Positions 40,913 to 49,762 of a DNA stretch of 64,000 nucleotides are shown here, in pieces; positions within the stretch are counted from its first letter, which is position 1, and each line of letters starts with the position of its first letter. The DNA comes from a candidate division Kazan bacterium RIFCSPHIGHO2_01_FULL_44_14. Its GTDB lineage: Bacteria > Patescibacteriota > Kazan-3B-28. The translations under genes and the position numbers were made by a program. Location: assembly GCA_001771185.1 (NCBI GenBank), contig METB01000001.1:94520-158519 (forward strand), read 5' to 3'. Under the pieces are notes generated by a model. It made no database searches, was not told the origin of the DNA, and was given only the letters and a program-made list of their open reading frames with translations.

Positions 40913-41854
40913 TTATTTATACTTGAAATTCACATCGCGTTGCTCGGCAGGAAGCTGATAGCCATCAGTTTCGAAAGGATAAGCAAGCACCCCGCTGGGA
41001 AAAATTACATCAGGACTATAACTTTTCCAATAAAAGAATGACCCCGGTTGAACAAGATGAAGATGCCTGTCCCCATTTTTGATGTTTAGATTTACTGATG
41101 TATTAGGTACGTCGAAGTAGAAGTCAGCAAAGGAGTGAGTACCAACACCATCCGGTGCGGGTACAGTACCAGCGAATCCAATTAATTCCCCGCGTTTTAC
41201 CTTGTATCTGATTAGAGCGCCGTATGAAGCTGCATTACCCATGGGTGAAAGCGTATAATTCCCATCCCAAAATAATTGGTATCCCTGGGCTGGCGGCGCC
41301 TTGAGGTCGTTACTTAAACTTTGAGTGTGTCCGGTCAATAGAGGTGAGGTCAATAAATGATATACGGTCATATGCACCCCCGGCCAATCAGGGCTTGTAG
41401 ACTCGAAGAATAATTTTACATCATCGGAATGGGTAGATAATCCTCCCGAAACAATCTGAGTACTGGTATCTCGAAAGCCAACTAGCACCATATCGAACGG
41501 TGCGAGTACGGGCGAACCGCCTTTATAAGCTTCAAAGCTCATACCAGGCTTATGCTCGTAAGGTTCCCATCCTGGATGGCCGCCAACCTTTGGGCCCAGT
41601 GTAATTATGCCAGGGTCAGCGCCTGTGCCGTATAGCTCCGTATGAGTATTGATACCTATCATACTGGGTGGCGGGGAAGTAATTGCAGATGCGCTCGTAG
41701 CGGGCACGCCCTGAGTGGGTGCGGAAATTGGTGTTTGAGAATTTTTATATTGCCTTACACCGATGTAACTAATACAACCGAGAACAAAAATCCCCACAAC
41801 AATTACGGTGGATATTGAGCTTTGAAAGAGGCCCTTGTTTGATTTATTAACCAT
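40913..41854 (-). CDS. Hypothetical membrane-anchored / secreted protein (313 aa)
   Basis: N-terminal TM/signal anchor, a Ser/Pro/Thr-rich linker and an HLHL motif. Any peptidase assignment is uncertain. Confidence 0.55.
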   Translation of the reverse strand: MVNKSNKGLFQSSISTVIVVGIFVLGCISYIGVRQYKNSQTPISAPTQGVPATSASAITSPPPSMIGINTHTELYGTGADPGIITLGPKVGGHPGWEPYEHKPGMSFEAYKGGSPVLAPFDMVLVGFRDTSTQIVSGGLSTHSDDVKLFFESTSPDWPGVHMTVYHLLTSPLLTGHTQSLSNDLKAPPAQGYQLFWDGNYTLSPMGNAASYGALIRYKVKRGELIGFAGTVPAPDGVGTHSFADFYFDVPNTSVNLNIKNGDRHLHLVQPGSFFYWKSYSPDVIFPSGVLAYPFETDGYQLPAEQRDVNFKYK

Positions 41855-41956
41855 ATTAAAAAACAGAATAACACTTCTTTAAGCGTACTCCCGCTGGCGT
41901 AAAACCACCAATGGACACTTCTGAGATGAATTACTTCGAGCGACTGACTATTTTAC

Positions 41957-42008
41957 TGGCAGACCGTGGTGGAGCCTGCCTGCCGGTAGGCAGGGAAGTT
42001 AGGACTAC
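41957..42008. repeat. R1 repeat copy b
   Basis: tggcagaccgtggtggagcctgcctgccggtaggcagggaagttagg is identical to copy a over 46 nt. Confidence 0.7.
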
Positions 42009-42009
42009 C

Positions 42010-42564
42010 TTAACTGGGTTGGTACGAGTTTAATATATCACCAACCACCACCCTCCGTCCGCCCCTTACATAACGTAAGCCATTGGGGTGATAGGTGGCC
42101 AACACGGGGTATCCCTCAACCGTCACTACTTTCCCATGGTCTTGTCGTAGATTGATTGGTTTTTGGGTTAGTGCTTCAAACGGTTTCTTACCCAATGCGA
42201 TAATTATTCGAGGACGCACCATCTTTATTTCTTCAAGTAAATATTTACGACAAACCTCGGCAGCGGTTTTGAAGTCCTTGGGATCTTCACTTACGAGCCA
42301 CCTTACCACATTGGTAATATAAACATCGTCTCGCTTTAATCCAGAATCTGCCAAAATAGAATTTAGAATTGAACCACCCATTCCCATAAATGGTCTGCCT
42401 AATTCAGTGTTCAACTTCGTAGGAGATTCTCCGACGAACATCACTTTTGCCCCAATCCTTCCTTCGCTTGGCACCAATCCAACATTACCCGCAACAGCCA
42501 TTATCGCAGGGTCTTTTAGCATTTTAGTGACAATAGTATTGTTTGAGACAAATTGCTTATCCAT
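42010..42564 (-). CDS. Uracil-DNA glycosylase superfamily protein (family 4/5-like)
   Basis: VMFVGESPTKLNTELGRPFMGMGGSILN (GE(A/S)PG...PF.G..G) and YHPNGLRY (the HPS-like motif). Confidence 0.75.
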   Translation of the reverse strand: MDKQFVSNNTIVTKMLKDPAIMAVAGNVGLVPSEGRIGAKVMFVGESPTKLNTELGRPFMGMGGSILNSILADSGLKRDDVYITNVVRWLVSEDPKDFKTAAEVCRKYLLEEIKMVRPRIIIALGKKPFEALTQKPINLRQDHGKVVTVEGYPVLATYHPNGLRYVRGGRRVVVGDILNSYQPS

Positions 42565-42622
42565 ATATCTATCTTACCAAGTTCCAATTCCCATCCGTTC
42601 TGCAAAATAAAAAACCCTCGCG

Positions 42623-44314
42623 CTATGGAGCGCGAGGGGGTTCGAATGAATATCCCAGAGAATCAAGGCGAACAGCAAACTGCTCTAATGCTACGAGAAG
42701 GTTTCGTAGATACGACTGAGCAACGGCATCGGTGACTGAAGAAGATATGGAAAACAATAAATTGTCCCAATTATCACCAGTGCACATTGAAGGGTGGCGC
42801 ATGTATGGCACCCAAATCTCAATTCTAAACCCGAAATTCCATGGCCAGCCAGCACTATTAACTTGACTATCACGGATGAGATCGCGTAGCTTTTTTCTCA
42901 GTCGGCAATTTCGAAACAATAGCGACCACAGTCGATAGTCGACGTCGATACACTGCATTAGGCCGTGCAAATATGCTTTGACATACGATAACAGACGAGC
43001 TGTTTCTCGGTGAGCATAATCTCGTCTTTCTCGTTCGGCTACTCGCTTGTCCCGCTCGGCTTGTTCGGCTAGTTGCCTATCCCGCTCGGCTTGTTCGGCT
43101 AGTTGCCTATCCCGCTTGGCTTGTTCTGCCAACTGTTTGTTGTGTTCAACTCGCTCGGCTTGTTCGGCTACTTCTTTGTCTCGTTTGGCTTGCTCGGCGA
43201 TCCGTTTGGTTTTGGCATCCAGTTCGGCTTGCTCAGCAGCTTTTTTTGCTATCGCTTCTTTCTGTGCTAACTTGCGCTGAAGTTTTTGCCGCTTCCAACG
43301 AGCTCGTTTAGCTAAATAGTCCCTCACCGCCTTCTGATAATCGACAAACTCTTTATTAGACGACGAGGGAAAATCGCTGAGTAAAGCAATTGGGATACAT
43401 GCCTCATCAATGTCAATCGCCTTCTGAACTATGCCAAGAACCGTCTTAATCGACTGACCAATCCAAGCACCGTATAGTGCCTGCCCTAGCCAGTAGGTGG
43501 CATTAGTGGCGTCCAGCTTAACGATTATCGACGATATTTGAAACGCTTGCTGAAAATCGCCTAACCGATGACATGCTTGAGCCAGATTAATCAGTCCCCG
43601 CACCCGATGCCCGGTAGTGCGAGCACATTTTGTAGCCAGTTCAAAACTGCGCCTGGCTTCCGACCAGTTGTTGCGAATCAGGTGGATGTGACCCAAGTGG
43701 TAGTAAGCCAAGTAAGCGGTTGTGTCGTGCCTCAACGACTTCAGCAACTGTTTTTCAGCTAATTCGAATTCCTGCTGATAAAACCACAGTAGACCTTGTT
43801 CGATGTGTTGACGAGCGGTATTGGCAAGCGGGTTACGCAACACATCAACTACCTGCCGTCCAATGCTCACTAGCTGTGTCGCTGACCAGTTTAGAGTGAC
43901 TAATTGTTGGTTAGTTTTATCTAACTTGGTACCGATATAGCCTAACTGATTATTGGTTTTGTCCAATTGATGACTAACGTGGTCTAGCCGATTGCCGACA
44001 GCCATCATGGTAAGGTCAAGAAACTGAGCTACTCGATCAAGTTCACGAACAATGTCTTTAGTAGATTGACCGATGGCCAATTCCATTGACCGCCTAAGAC
44101 TGTTGATGGTGTATTCTATTTCTGAGGAAAGGGCGTCGTACAGATCGGATTGAGATTCTAGTTCGGACTGCAGGTTTCCCAACTGCAAACTCAGCGACTG
44201 GCCAAGCGATCGGAGGGCGGAGGTGGTATCCATCGTCCCCCGCTGTACAATGTTTTCCATCCCCCACAGGGGTTCGGTCAACACAAGATCTAGACGAGAG
44301 TGTTCGATGCTCAC
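42623..44314 (-). CDS. TPR-like / coiled-coil repeat protein (563 aa) with tandem RQLAEQAERD decapeptide repeats
   Basis: The central region is helical, TPR-like. The C-terminal part contains AEQAKRDKEVAEQAERVEHNKQLAEQAKRDRQLAEQAERDRQLAEQAERDKRVAE, encoded by a 30-bp tandem DNA repeat. Confidence 0.6.
   Translation of the reverse strand: MSIEHSRLDLVLTEPLWGMENIVQRGTMDTTSALRSLGQSLSLQLGNLQSELESQSDLYDALSSEIEYTINSLRRSMELAIGQSTKDIVRELDRVAQFLDLTMMAVGNRLDHVSHQLDKTNNQLGYIGTKLDKTNQQLVTLNWSATQLVSIGRQVVDVLRNPLANTARQHIEQGLLWFYQQEFELAEKQLLKSLRHDTTAYLAYYHLGHIHLIRNNWSEARRSFELATKCARTTGHRVRGLINLAQACHRLGDFQQAFQISSIIVKLDATNATYWLGQALYGAWIGQSIKTVLGIVQKAIDIDEACIPIALLSDFPSSSNKEFVDYQKAVRDYLAKRARWKRQKLQRKLAQKEAIAKKAAEQAELDAKTKRIAEQAKRDKEVAEQAERVEHNKQLAEQAKRDRQLAEQAERDRQLAEQAERDKRVAERERRDYAHRETARLLSYVKAYLHGLMQCIDVDYRLWSLLFRNCRLRKKLRDLIRDSQVNSAGWPWNFGFRIEIWVPYMRHPSMCTGDNWDNLLFSISSSVTDAVAQSYLRNLLVALEQFAVRLDSLGYSFEPPRAP
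43051..43140. repeat. In-frame 30-bp tandem repeat (2 perfect and 1 degenerate units, with further degenerate units on each side)
   Basis: cccgctcggcttgttcggctagttgcctat x2 exactly, then cccgcttggcttgttctgccaactgtttgt. Confidence 0.85.
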
Positions 44315-44437
44315 AAGGCACCTCCTTTAGAATATAGATTGTCAATTCGGGTTGCCCCGATACAAAAACCAGTCTTAGGATAGCGCTAAAACTATCAGAG
44401 AGTCAAGTAGAAATCTGCTCTGGGAGTGACAAAATAT

Positions 44438-44527
44438 TGGCAGGACAGCTGAATTCCGGTTATTCCTAAGGAGTAAAAATGGAGGGTTTTGGGTAGGTCA
44501 TCTGCCACTTAGGTTCATTATAGAACC
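44438..44527 (-). promoter_or_regulatory. Intergenic repeat family R2, copy a (others at 45241..45330 and 47922..48012); conserved putative promoter plus leader
   Basis: The three copies share tggcagg(a/g)cag...ccaaggag(t)aaa...gggtaggtc...gggttcattatag(a/g)acc. The minus strand reads ggt(t/c)ctataatgaacc, a perfect TATAAT, oriented toward a downstream minus-strand gene in each case. Confidence 0.5.
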
Positions 44528-44539
44528 TACGCAATAAAA

Positions 44540-44863
44540 CTATACATTACCTATTAGAGCGAACTGGAAAAAGTATCGATTCAAAGATACCCATTCCGGA
44601 CTATCCGCAGTGGTTTGGCTTTGCCATGTCTGAACCAAAACTTCTCTGGCTCTGGCAATTTCTCGTAGGCGAGACCCATCAGTTTGGCTTTGCAGGGTTA
44701 AATCAATTAGTTCAAGCATTCGTTCAAAGGCCCGTTCGGCGATGGCATCGTCTTTACCTCGCCACTTGAGCATTCGGCTGACTTCACTACCAACATTGCC
44801 TAACTGTTGAGGTAGAGTTAGTTTAGACCAACTTTGGATTAGAGCATCTGAATGATGGTTCAT
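44540..44863 (-). CDS. Small hypothetical protein (107 aa), downstream member of an overlapping gene pair
   Basis: ORF overlapping the upstream ORF by 4 nt (ATGA). It is helical with no recognisable domain. Confidence 0.5.
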   Translation of the reverse strand: MNHHSDALIQSWSKLTLPQQLGNVGSEVSRMLKWRGKDDAIAERAFERMLELIDLTLQSQTDGSRLREIARAREVLVQTWQSQTTADSPEWVSLNRYFFQFALIGNV

Positions 44864-45204
44864 ATAATCAATTGTTTTACGATATTGATAATTTTTTCTT
44901 TTGTCTCTGTATCATCAACTCCACGGGAACGATTGTTTTGTGAAGGACGAATATTAATCATGGAATCGAATTCTATCCAGTCATCAGTTTGGATATCTGG
45001 ATAGAGATTAATACCCCAAAGATTGGTTTGAATGGAGCCCTGTTCTAATAATAAAGCCTCTTCATCGGCATGGAGTTCTCCACCGACCGCCATAATACCT
45101 TGCTCAATATCAACCACGCACTTAACTAAATCACCAAATCGTTCTTTGGCGATTTCCGTAAGTTCGGTTCGAGAAATAGGTTGAGTAATAATTCTGATAT
45201 TCAT
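44860..45204 (-). CDS. Small hypothetical protein (114 aa), upstream member of the overlapping pair
   Basis: The ORF start at 45204 is 32 bp downstream of R2 copy b. The 4-nt overlap with the next ORF fits a TA-like or two-component arrangement. Confidence 0.5.
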   Translation of the reverse strand: MNIRIITQPISRTELTEIAKERFGDLVKCVVDIEQGIMAVGGELHADEEALLLEQGSIQTNLWGINLYPDIQTDDWIEFDSMINIRPSQNNRSRGVDDTETKEKIINIVKQLII

Positions 45205-45240
45205 AAACTGGTTAAAGATTGATTATAGATAATTCTCGGA

Positions 45241-45330
45241 TGGCAGGGCAGACGGGTTGAGATTACGCGCCCAAGGAGATAAATTAAGGTTTTGAAAGGG
45301 TCTTTAGGGGGACGGGTTCATTATAGGACC
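45241..45330 (-). promoter_or_regulatory. R2 repeat copy b
   Basis: tggcagggcagacgggttgagatt...cccaaggagataaa...gggttcattataggacc; the minus strand carries ggtcctataatgaacc. Confidence 0.5.
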
Positions 45331-45409
45331 CACAGGGATAAATCTAAGCGCTACTTGACTGTTTACCGTATAGCGTGTAGAGTACAAGTATACACATGAT
45401 AAATACCTC

Positions 45410-45940
45410 CTATGGGTTCTGTCCCTGGGCGGTATTTTTCGTTTTAGAGCCATCCCCTATTTTCCGGGTAAGATTGTCCATATAGATAATCTTCTCCTTG
45501 GCCGTTTGTTTTAACAATGACGAGCAGGTCTTTTTGTATGGGCTTAAGACGGCTCGAAGTTTGTGGTTGTCGTAGAGATGTCGCACGAGAGAATAGAAAT
45601 CACCGTCGCTGGTAATAATCACGGCTTGGTCATATTTGTCGTAGTCCAGCATGGCTTGGAGCACTAAATCGGCGTCGACATTCCCCTTAATATTGCCGTC
45701 TCCGTCTGGGATAGTCGGCTTGAATTTCACTACAAATCCGGCTTTTTGGAAAAGATCATAGAGGTCATTATGCTTAGCAACATAGCCAATGAATAAGTAG
45801 GCAATATCAACTCCATACTTTTCAGCTAAGTAGCGACGAAATCTAACCCAATCAATCTTCCAACCCAATGACTCGATGCCCCGATAGACATTTTGACTAT
45901 CGATAAAGGCGTAGTGATTTTGTGGTAGTTTTCCGTGCAT
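45410..45940 (-). CDS. NYN-domain (LabA-like, PIN-related) putative ribonuclease
   Basis: AFIDSQNVY...DGNIKGNVDADLVLQAM...AVIITSDGDF is the NYN/LabA acidic-residue pattern. Confidence 0.7.
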   Translation of the reverse strand: MHGKLPQNHYAFIDSQNVYRGIESLGWKIDWVRFRRYLAEKYGVDIAYLFIGYVAKHNDLYDLFQKAGFVVKFKPTIPDGDGNIKGNVDADLVLQAMLDYDKYDQAVIITSDGDFYSLVRHLYDNHKLRAVLSPYKKTCSSLLKQTAKEKIIYMDNLTRKIGDGSKTKNTAQGQNP

Positions 45941-45996
45941 ATTTTAATAATACCCTACTCTAAGAGAGATAGGGTGGGAACGGAGTTCCAAATTAG

Positions 45997-46320
45997 TTAC
46001 ACAGATATCTTTTCACCGATATTATCAAAAACCGTCACATCTCCCTTGTCATACTCGCCCATTTCAAATCCGTCGTATTCAAAATGGTCGCCATCTTGAT
46101 AAAAATACAGGGCTGTTTTTAAATCCAATACTAAGATAAATCCGCGCTTGGTGCCAGCTGTCGGGTATAAATCTATTCTATGGGTATCACCAAAAATCTC
46201 ATGCGCTTTATCAAATACCGGATTAGCAACACCAAGTTCTTTGGCAAACAACCTAAAGGCAGCCCATGGCCAAAGTTTTAGTAATAATTTACGGTGCCAA
46301 GAAATTTTTCTGTTAGCCAT
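45997..46320 (-). CDS. Hypothetical protein (107 aa)
   Basis: ORF 56 bp upstream of, and co-directional with, the NYN gene. No domain is recognised. Confidence 0.45.
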   Translation of the reverse strand: MANRKISWHRKLLLKLWPWAAFRLFAKELGVANPVFDKAHEIFGDTHRIDLYPTAGTKRGFILVLDLKTALYFYQDGDHFEYDGFEMGEYDKGDVTVFDNIGEKISV

Positions 46321-46342
46321 AAATCGATATTCTATTCTTTGC

Positions 46343-46372
46343 TGGCAGACCGTGGTGGAGGAAGTCAGGACA
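46343..46372. repeat. R1 repeat copy c (lacks the cctgcctgccggtaggcagg hairpin)
   Basis: tggcagaccgtggtggag-gaagtcaggac. Confidence 0.6.
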
Positions 46373-46390
46373 CAGATGATAATATCCTAC

Positions 46391-47788
46391 TCAGACGGGC
46401 TGGGCCAAATTGTGTCTTTTCTGTCTAGATAAAACAATGGCATTCACTACCCAGAAAGCTACAAAACTAACAACCACTGCTGGAATAAAAGCTTCCACTG
46501 GACTGATCCAGAGAAAAGCAACTAATGTGATTGTGCCCAAGACGATACTCCAAAGTGCTGCTTGCGAAGTAGCCTTTTTCCAATAAAAGCCAAAAACAAT
46601 TGTGGGTATTAACACCGCCACAAAACTTACAGCCTCGATAGCAAGATGCGCTAAGCTAAAGATAGCAATTGCCACAATTACGGCGATTGCTCCCACAATA
46701 AATGTAGTCCAACGGCTCAAGTGTAAGGTCTGAGCTTCGGTTAATTTTTTACCAAATGTTTCTTGTGTTAAATCATGCACTATGGTCATGCTCATAATCA
46801 AAAGCATCGTATCCGCTGAAGACATAATAGCAGCAAAGAAACCAGCCAGCACCACGCCAAACATTACTGGTGAAAGGAATGAATTAAGCAGCTGCGGAAC
46901 CACCATATTGGCTTCTATGCCAGGCAATAATATATGCCCGTAGATTCCAAGCAGGGTTCCCATAATGATGAAGGCAAAGGTTACAAAAGCACCTACTGTC
47001 ATTGCCCATTTTACATTCTTGGCCGTATCTCCAGCGTAGGTTCTTTGCCATATATCAGAGCTCGTGATATTGGTTGCACCTAAAAACAGGAAGCCAAAAA
47101 CAAAAACATACCATGGCGCGAATTCACTACCGCCTAAGAACGAAGCTGGCAGGTTAGTAATAGCTTGAAAACCGCCTCCTTGCGCAATCAGCATGGGGAG
47201 AAATATAGCCAAAAGACCCAGCATAACGATGAACTGAAATATGTCTGTGCGGATATCAGCCCTCAGCCCTCCTATTGTCGTGTAAAGCACTACAATGCCG
47301 CCTCCAATTGCAGTCGCCCAGATGGGGTCAAGTCCACCCACGGCGGCGACAAAGACGCCTAACCCTAGAATCTGGAGAGCTAGCCATAACGCGTAGGTAA
47401 TTAAGTTGACTACCATACCAGCTACTTGAACTGCCTTTGAGTAACGATGTTTCAAGAAGTCGGGAAGGGTGAAGGCCCCATGTGTATCACCGAACTCTTT
47501 AATTTTTGGTGCGAAGAACCTGGCATATATCAAAAAATATACAAACATCGAGCTCAGCAGAAACAATGTTGCTAACCCACCACCTGAATATGCGATGCTG
47601 GCATTGGACAAAAGAGCGCCTACCCCAATAAAGCTAGACACCAGGGTTGCAACCAATACAAACTTATTTGTCTTCCGAGAGTTAACCCAATAATCTGCTA
47701 AGCCGACTTTTTTACGATCCCATACACCGATTAAGAAGATAATCAGGAAAAAGATACCGACAATCCAAATTGCTGTTGAGTTTATCAT
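46391..47788 (-). CDS. Sodium:solute symporter (SSF) family transporter
   Basis: About 12 TM helices with SSF-typical N-terminal helices and GG-rich segments. The start was taken at MINSTAIWIVG (ATG 47788). The ORF extends to 47902 but its leading 38 residues are non-hydrophobic. Confidence 0.8.
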   Translation of the reverse strand: MINSTAIWIVGIFFLIIFLIGVWDRKKVGLADYWVNSRKTNKFVLVATLVSSFIGVGALLSNASIAYSGGGLATLFLLSSMFVYFLIYARFFAPKIKEFGDTHGAFTLPDFLKHRYSKAVQVAGMVVNLITYALWLALQILGLGVFVAAVGGLDPIWATAIGGGIVVLYTTIGGLRADIRTDIFQFIVMLGLLAIFLPMLIAQGGGFQAITNLPASFLGGSEFAPWYVFVFGFLFLGATNITSSDIWQRTYAGDTAKNVKWAMTVGAFVTFAFIIMGTLLGIYGHILLPGIEANMVVPQLLNSFLSPVMFGVVLAGFFAAIMSSADTMLLIMSMTIVHDLTQETFGKKLTEAQTLHLSRWTTFIVGAIAVIVAIAIFSLAHLAIEAVSFVAVLIPTIVFGFYWKKATSQAALWSIVLGTITLVAFLWISPVEAFIPAVVVSFVAFWVVNAIVLSRQKRHNLAQPV

Positions 47789-47921
47789 ATATTGATTATA
47801 ACAAAGCTTATCACGATGTATATGGAATTTGGCAGGGGCCATCCTACGCTCTAATGAGCTACGGAATGACAATTCCCTACAACCGTTCCATAGTTCTGCC
47901 AAATGGCAGAACGACGGACGG

Positions 47922-48012
47922 TGGCAGGACAGACGGGTTCAGACCCTCCCCCCAAGGAGTAAAAACGAGGATATTGGGTAGGTCGTCTGGCACTTGGGTT
48001 CATTATAGAACC
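47922..48012 (-). promoter_or_regulatory. R2 repeat copy c, in the divergent intergenic region between the SSF transporter and the R-M methyltransferase
   Basis: tggcaggacagacgggttcagaccc...ccaaggagtaaaaa...gggtaggtcgtctggcacttgggttcattatagaacc. Confidence 0.5.
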
Positions 48013-48127
48013 TAAGGAGAAAATGAGACAAATGAGACATCCCATGAAAAGACCTCGATGTCTTATTTTAGGGATTACCCTGCTGTATCTAGGTCTTCCA
48101 TGAACCGTGGGTTAAGATAGTAGTAGG

Positions 48128-49762
48128 ATGAAGTTCATGGTCGATGAGAGTGTGCAGAAGTTAAGAGGGGGGTATTATACACCCCTAGATTTAGCAACTT
48201 TTCTTGCCAAATGGGTTAACGGAGTTAATCCCGAGAAGGTTTTAGAGCCTAGCTGTGGAGATGGGGTATTTTTTAGTGCTTTTGCGCATATTGGCGGATT
48301 AGCACAAGGGCGTATAACTGGGTTTGAGCTTGATCCACGTGAAGCCATCAAGGCTCGCACCAAAGCAACGCAATGTAAGGTGCGAGCTAAGATTCACCAA
48401 GAAGATTTTTTGGGTTGGGCCAAAAACAAGCTCGGAGATGGAGCTGTGTCATTTGATGCAGTAGTGGGCAATCCACCCTTTATTAGGTACCAATATCTCC
48501 CTCCAGAATTTCAGAGTCAAGCCGAGGCAATCTTCCGGACACTGGGTCTACCTTTCACAAAACACACCAATGCATGGGTTCCTTTTGTCCTTGCATCTAT
48601 TGCTCTACTAAGACCGGGAGGGCGTCTTGCTATGGTCGTACCAGCTGAAATTATTCATATCCCCCACGCTCAAGCACTGAGGACGTATTTGGGAAAAAGT
48701 TGTAGACGTATAGTAATTGTTGACCCAGAAGAAATGTGGTTTGATGAAACGCTACAAGGTACCGTTTTGTTGCTTGCCGAAAAACTGCATGATAGTTCAG
48801 ATCATCCTCATGGATTAGGAATTTATCCTGTCAAAGGGAGAGAGTTTCTATTACTGGATCCCGAGACTGTATTCATGTCACCAAAAGCCATAAATGGTAA
48901 AACTATCGAGGGTAAATGGACTAGAGCATTATTAGACTCTTCGACGCTGGCCTTGATAGATAAGCTAACGAGACACCCAAATGTTCATGTTTTTAAAGAC
49001 ATAGCGGACGTAGATGTTGGGATAGTCACGGGTGCTAATGATTATTTTTTGGTATCAGAAAAAACGGTTAAGCAGTTCCACTTGTCTCCTTGGGCTCATC
49101 CCATGTTCGGCCGTAGCCAGCAATGTCCGGGCATTATATTTGATAAGACCCAGCATCAAGCCAATATTAAAGGAGATAAACCAGCCTACTTTATTTGGTT
49201 CTCAAAAGATGAGAGGTTACAAGATTCTAACGCTCTGGCGTATATACAGCATGGGGAAAAACAGAATTTTCATATTCGATATAAATGTCGCGTTAGAGCT
49301 CCTTGGTATTCTGTTACTTCTGTTTATGCAACCGAGATTGGCATGTTAAAAAGGGCACATAATTTACCTCGTCTTGTACTCAATAAGATGGGCGCTTTTA
49401 CTACCGACACGGCATATAGGATTAATAGCCAGATTCCTGCTAAACAGCTGGTCGGTAGTTTCATTAATTCGCTCACGGCTCTGAGTGCAGAATTAGAAGG
49501 TCGTCATTACGGTGGTGGTGTTCTAGAATTGGTTCCCTCTGAAATTGAACACCTATTGTTGCCTATACCTGACGACACTGTATTCGACTTAGGAGAACTA
49601 GACGATCTTGTACGCACGGCAGATACTGAGCTGATATTGCGCAAACAAGACACAAGGATATTAACTCCGCTTGGTATTTCGGAGGCTGAACGACTTAAAC
49701 TTTTAACTGGTTGGAAAAAATTGCGGAATAGGCGTCAACGCATATCGCAACTGGAAGATTAG
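48128..49762 (+). CDS. N6-adenine DNA methyltransferase (gamma-class, TaqI/Eco57I-like) with a C-terminal target-recognition domain
   Basis: Motif X GGYYTPLDLATFLAKW, motif I LEPSCGDGVFF, motif IV VVGNPPFIRY. Confidence 0.85.
   Translation: MKFMVDESVQKLRGGYYTPLDLATFLAKWVNGVNPEKVLEPSCGDGVFFSAFAHIGGLAQGRITGFELDPREAIKARTKATQCKVRAKIHQEDFLGWAKNKLGDGAVSFDAVVGNPPFIRYQYLPPEFQSQAEAIFRTLGLPFTKHTNAWVPFVLASIALLRPGGRLAMVVPAEIIHIPHAQALRTYLGKSCRRIVIVDPEEMWFDETLQGTVLLLAEKLHDSSDHPHGLGIYPVKGREFLLLDPETVFMSPKAINGKTIEGKWTRALLDSSTLALIDKLTRHPNVHVFKDIADVDVGIVTGANDYFLVSEKTVKQFHLSPWAHPMFGRSQQCPGIIFDKTQHQANIKGDKPAYFIWFSKDERLQDSNALAYIQHGEKQNFHIRYKCRVRAPWYSVTSVYATEIGMLKRAHNLPRLVLNKMGAFTTDTAYRINSQIPAKQLVGSFINSLTALSAELEGRHYGGGVLELVPSEIEHLLLPIPDDTVFDLGELDDLVRTADTELILRKQDTRILTPLGISEAERLKLLTGWKKLRNRRQRISQLED

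Noticed and set aside
40913-41854. M23 peptidase assignment for the 313-aa membrane-anchored protein
   Set aside because: It contains an HLHL motif reminiscent of the M23 HxH motif, but no convincing HxxxD motif. It is left as hypothetical.
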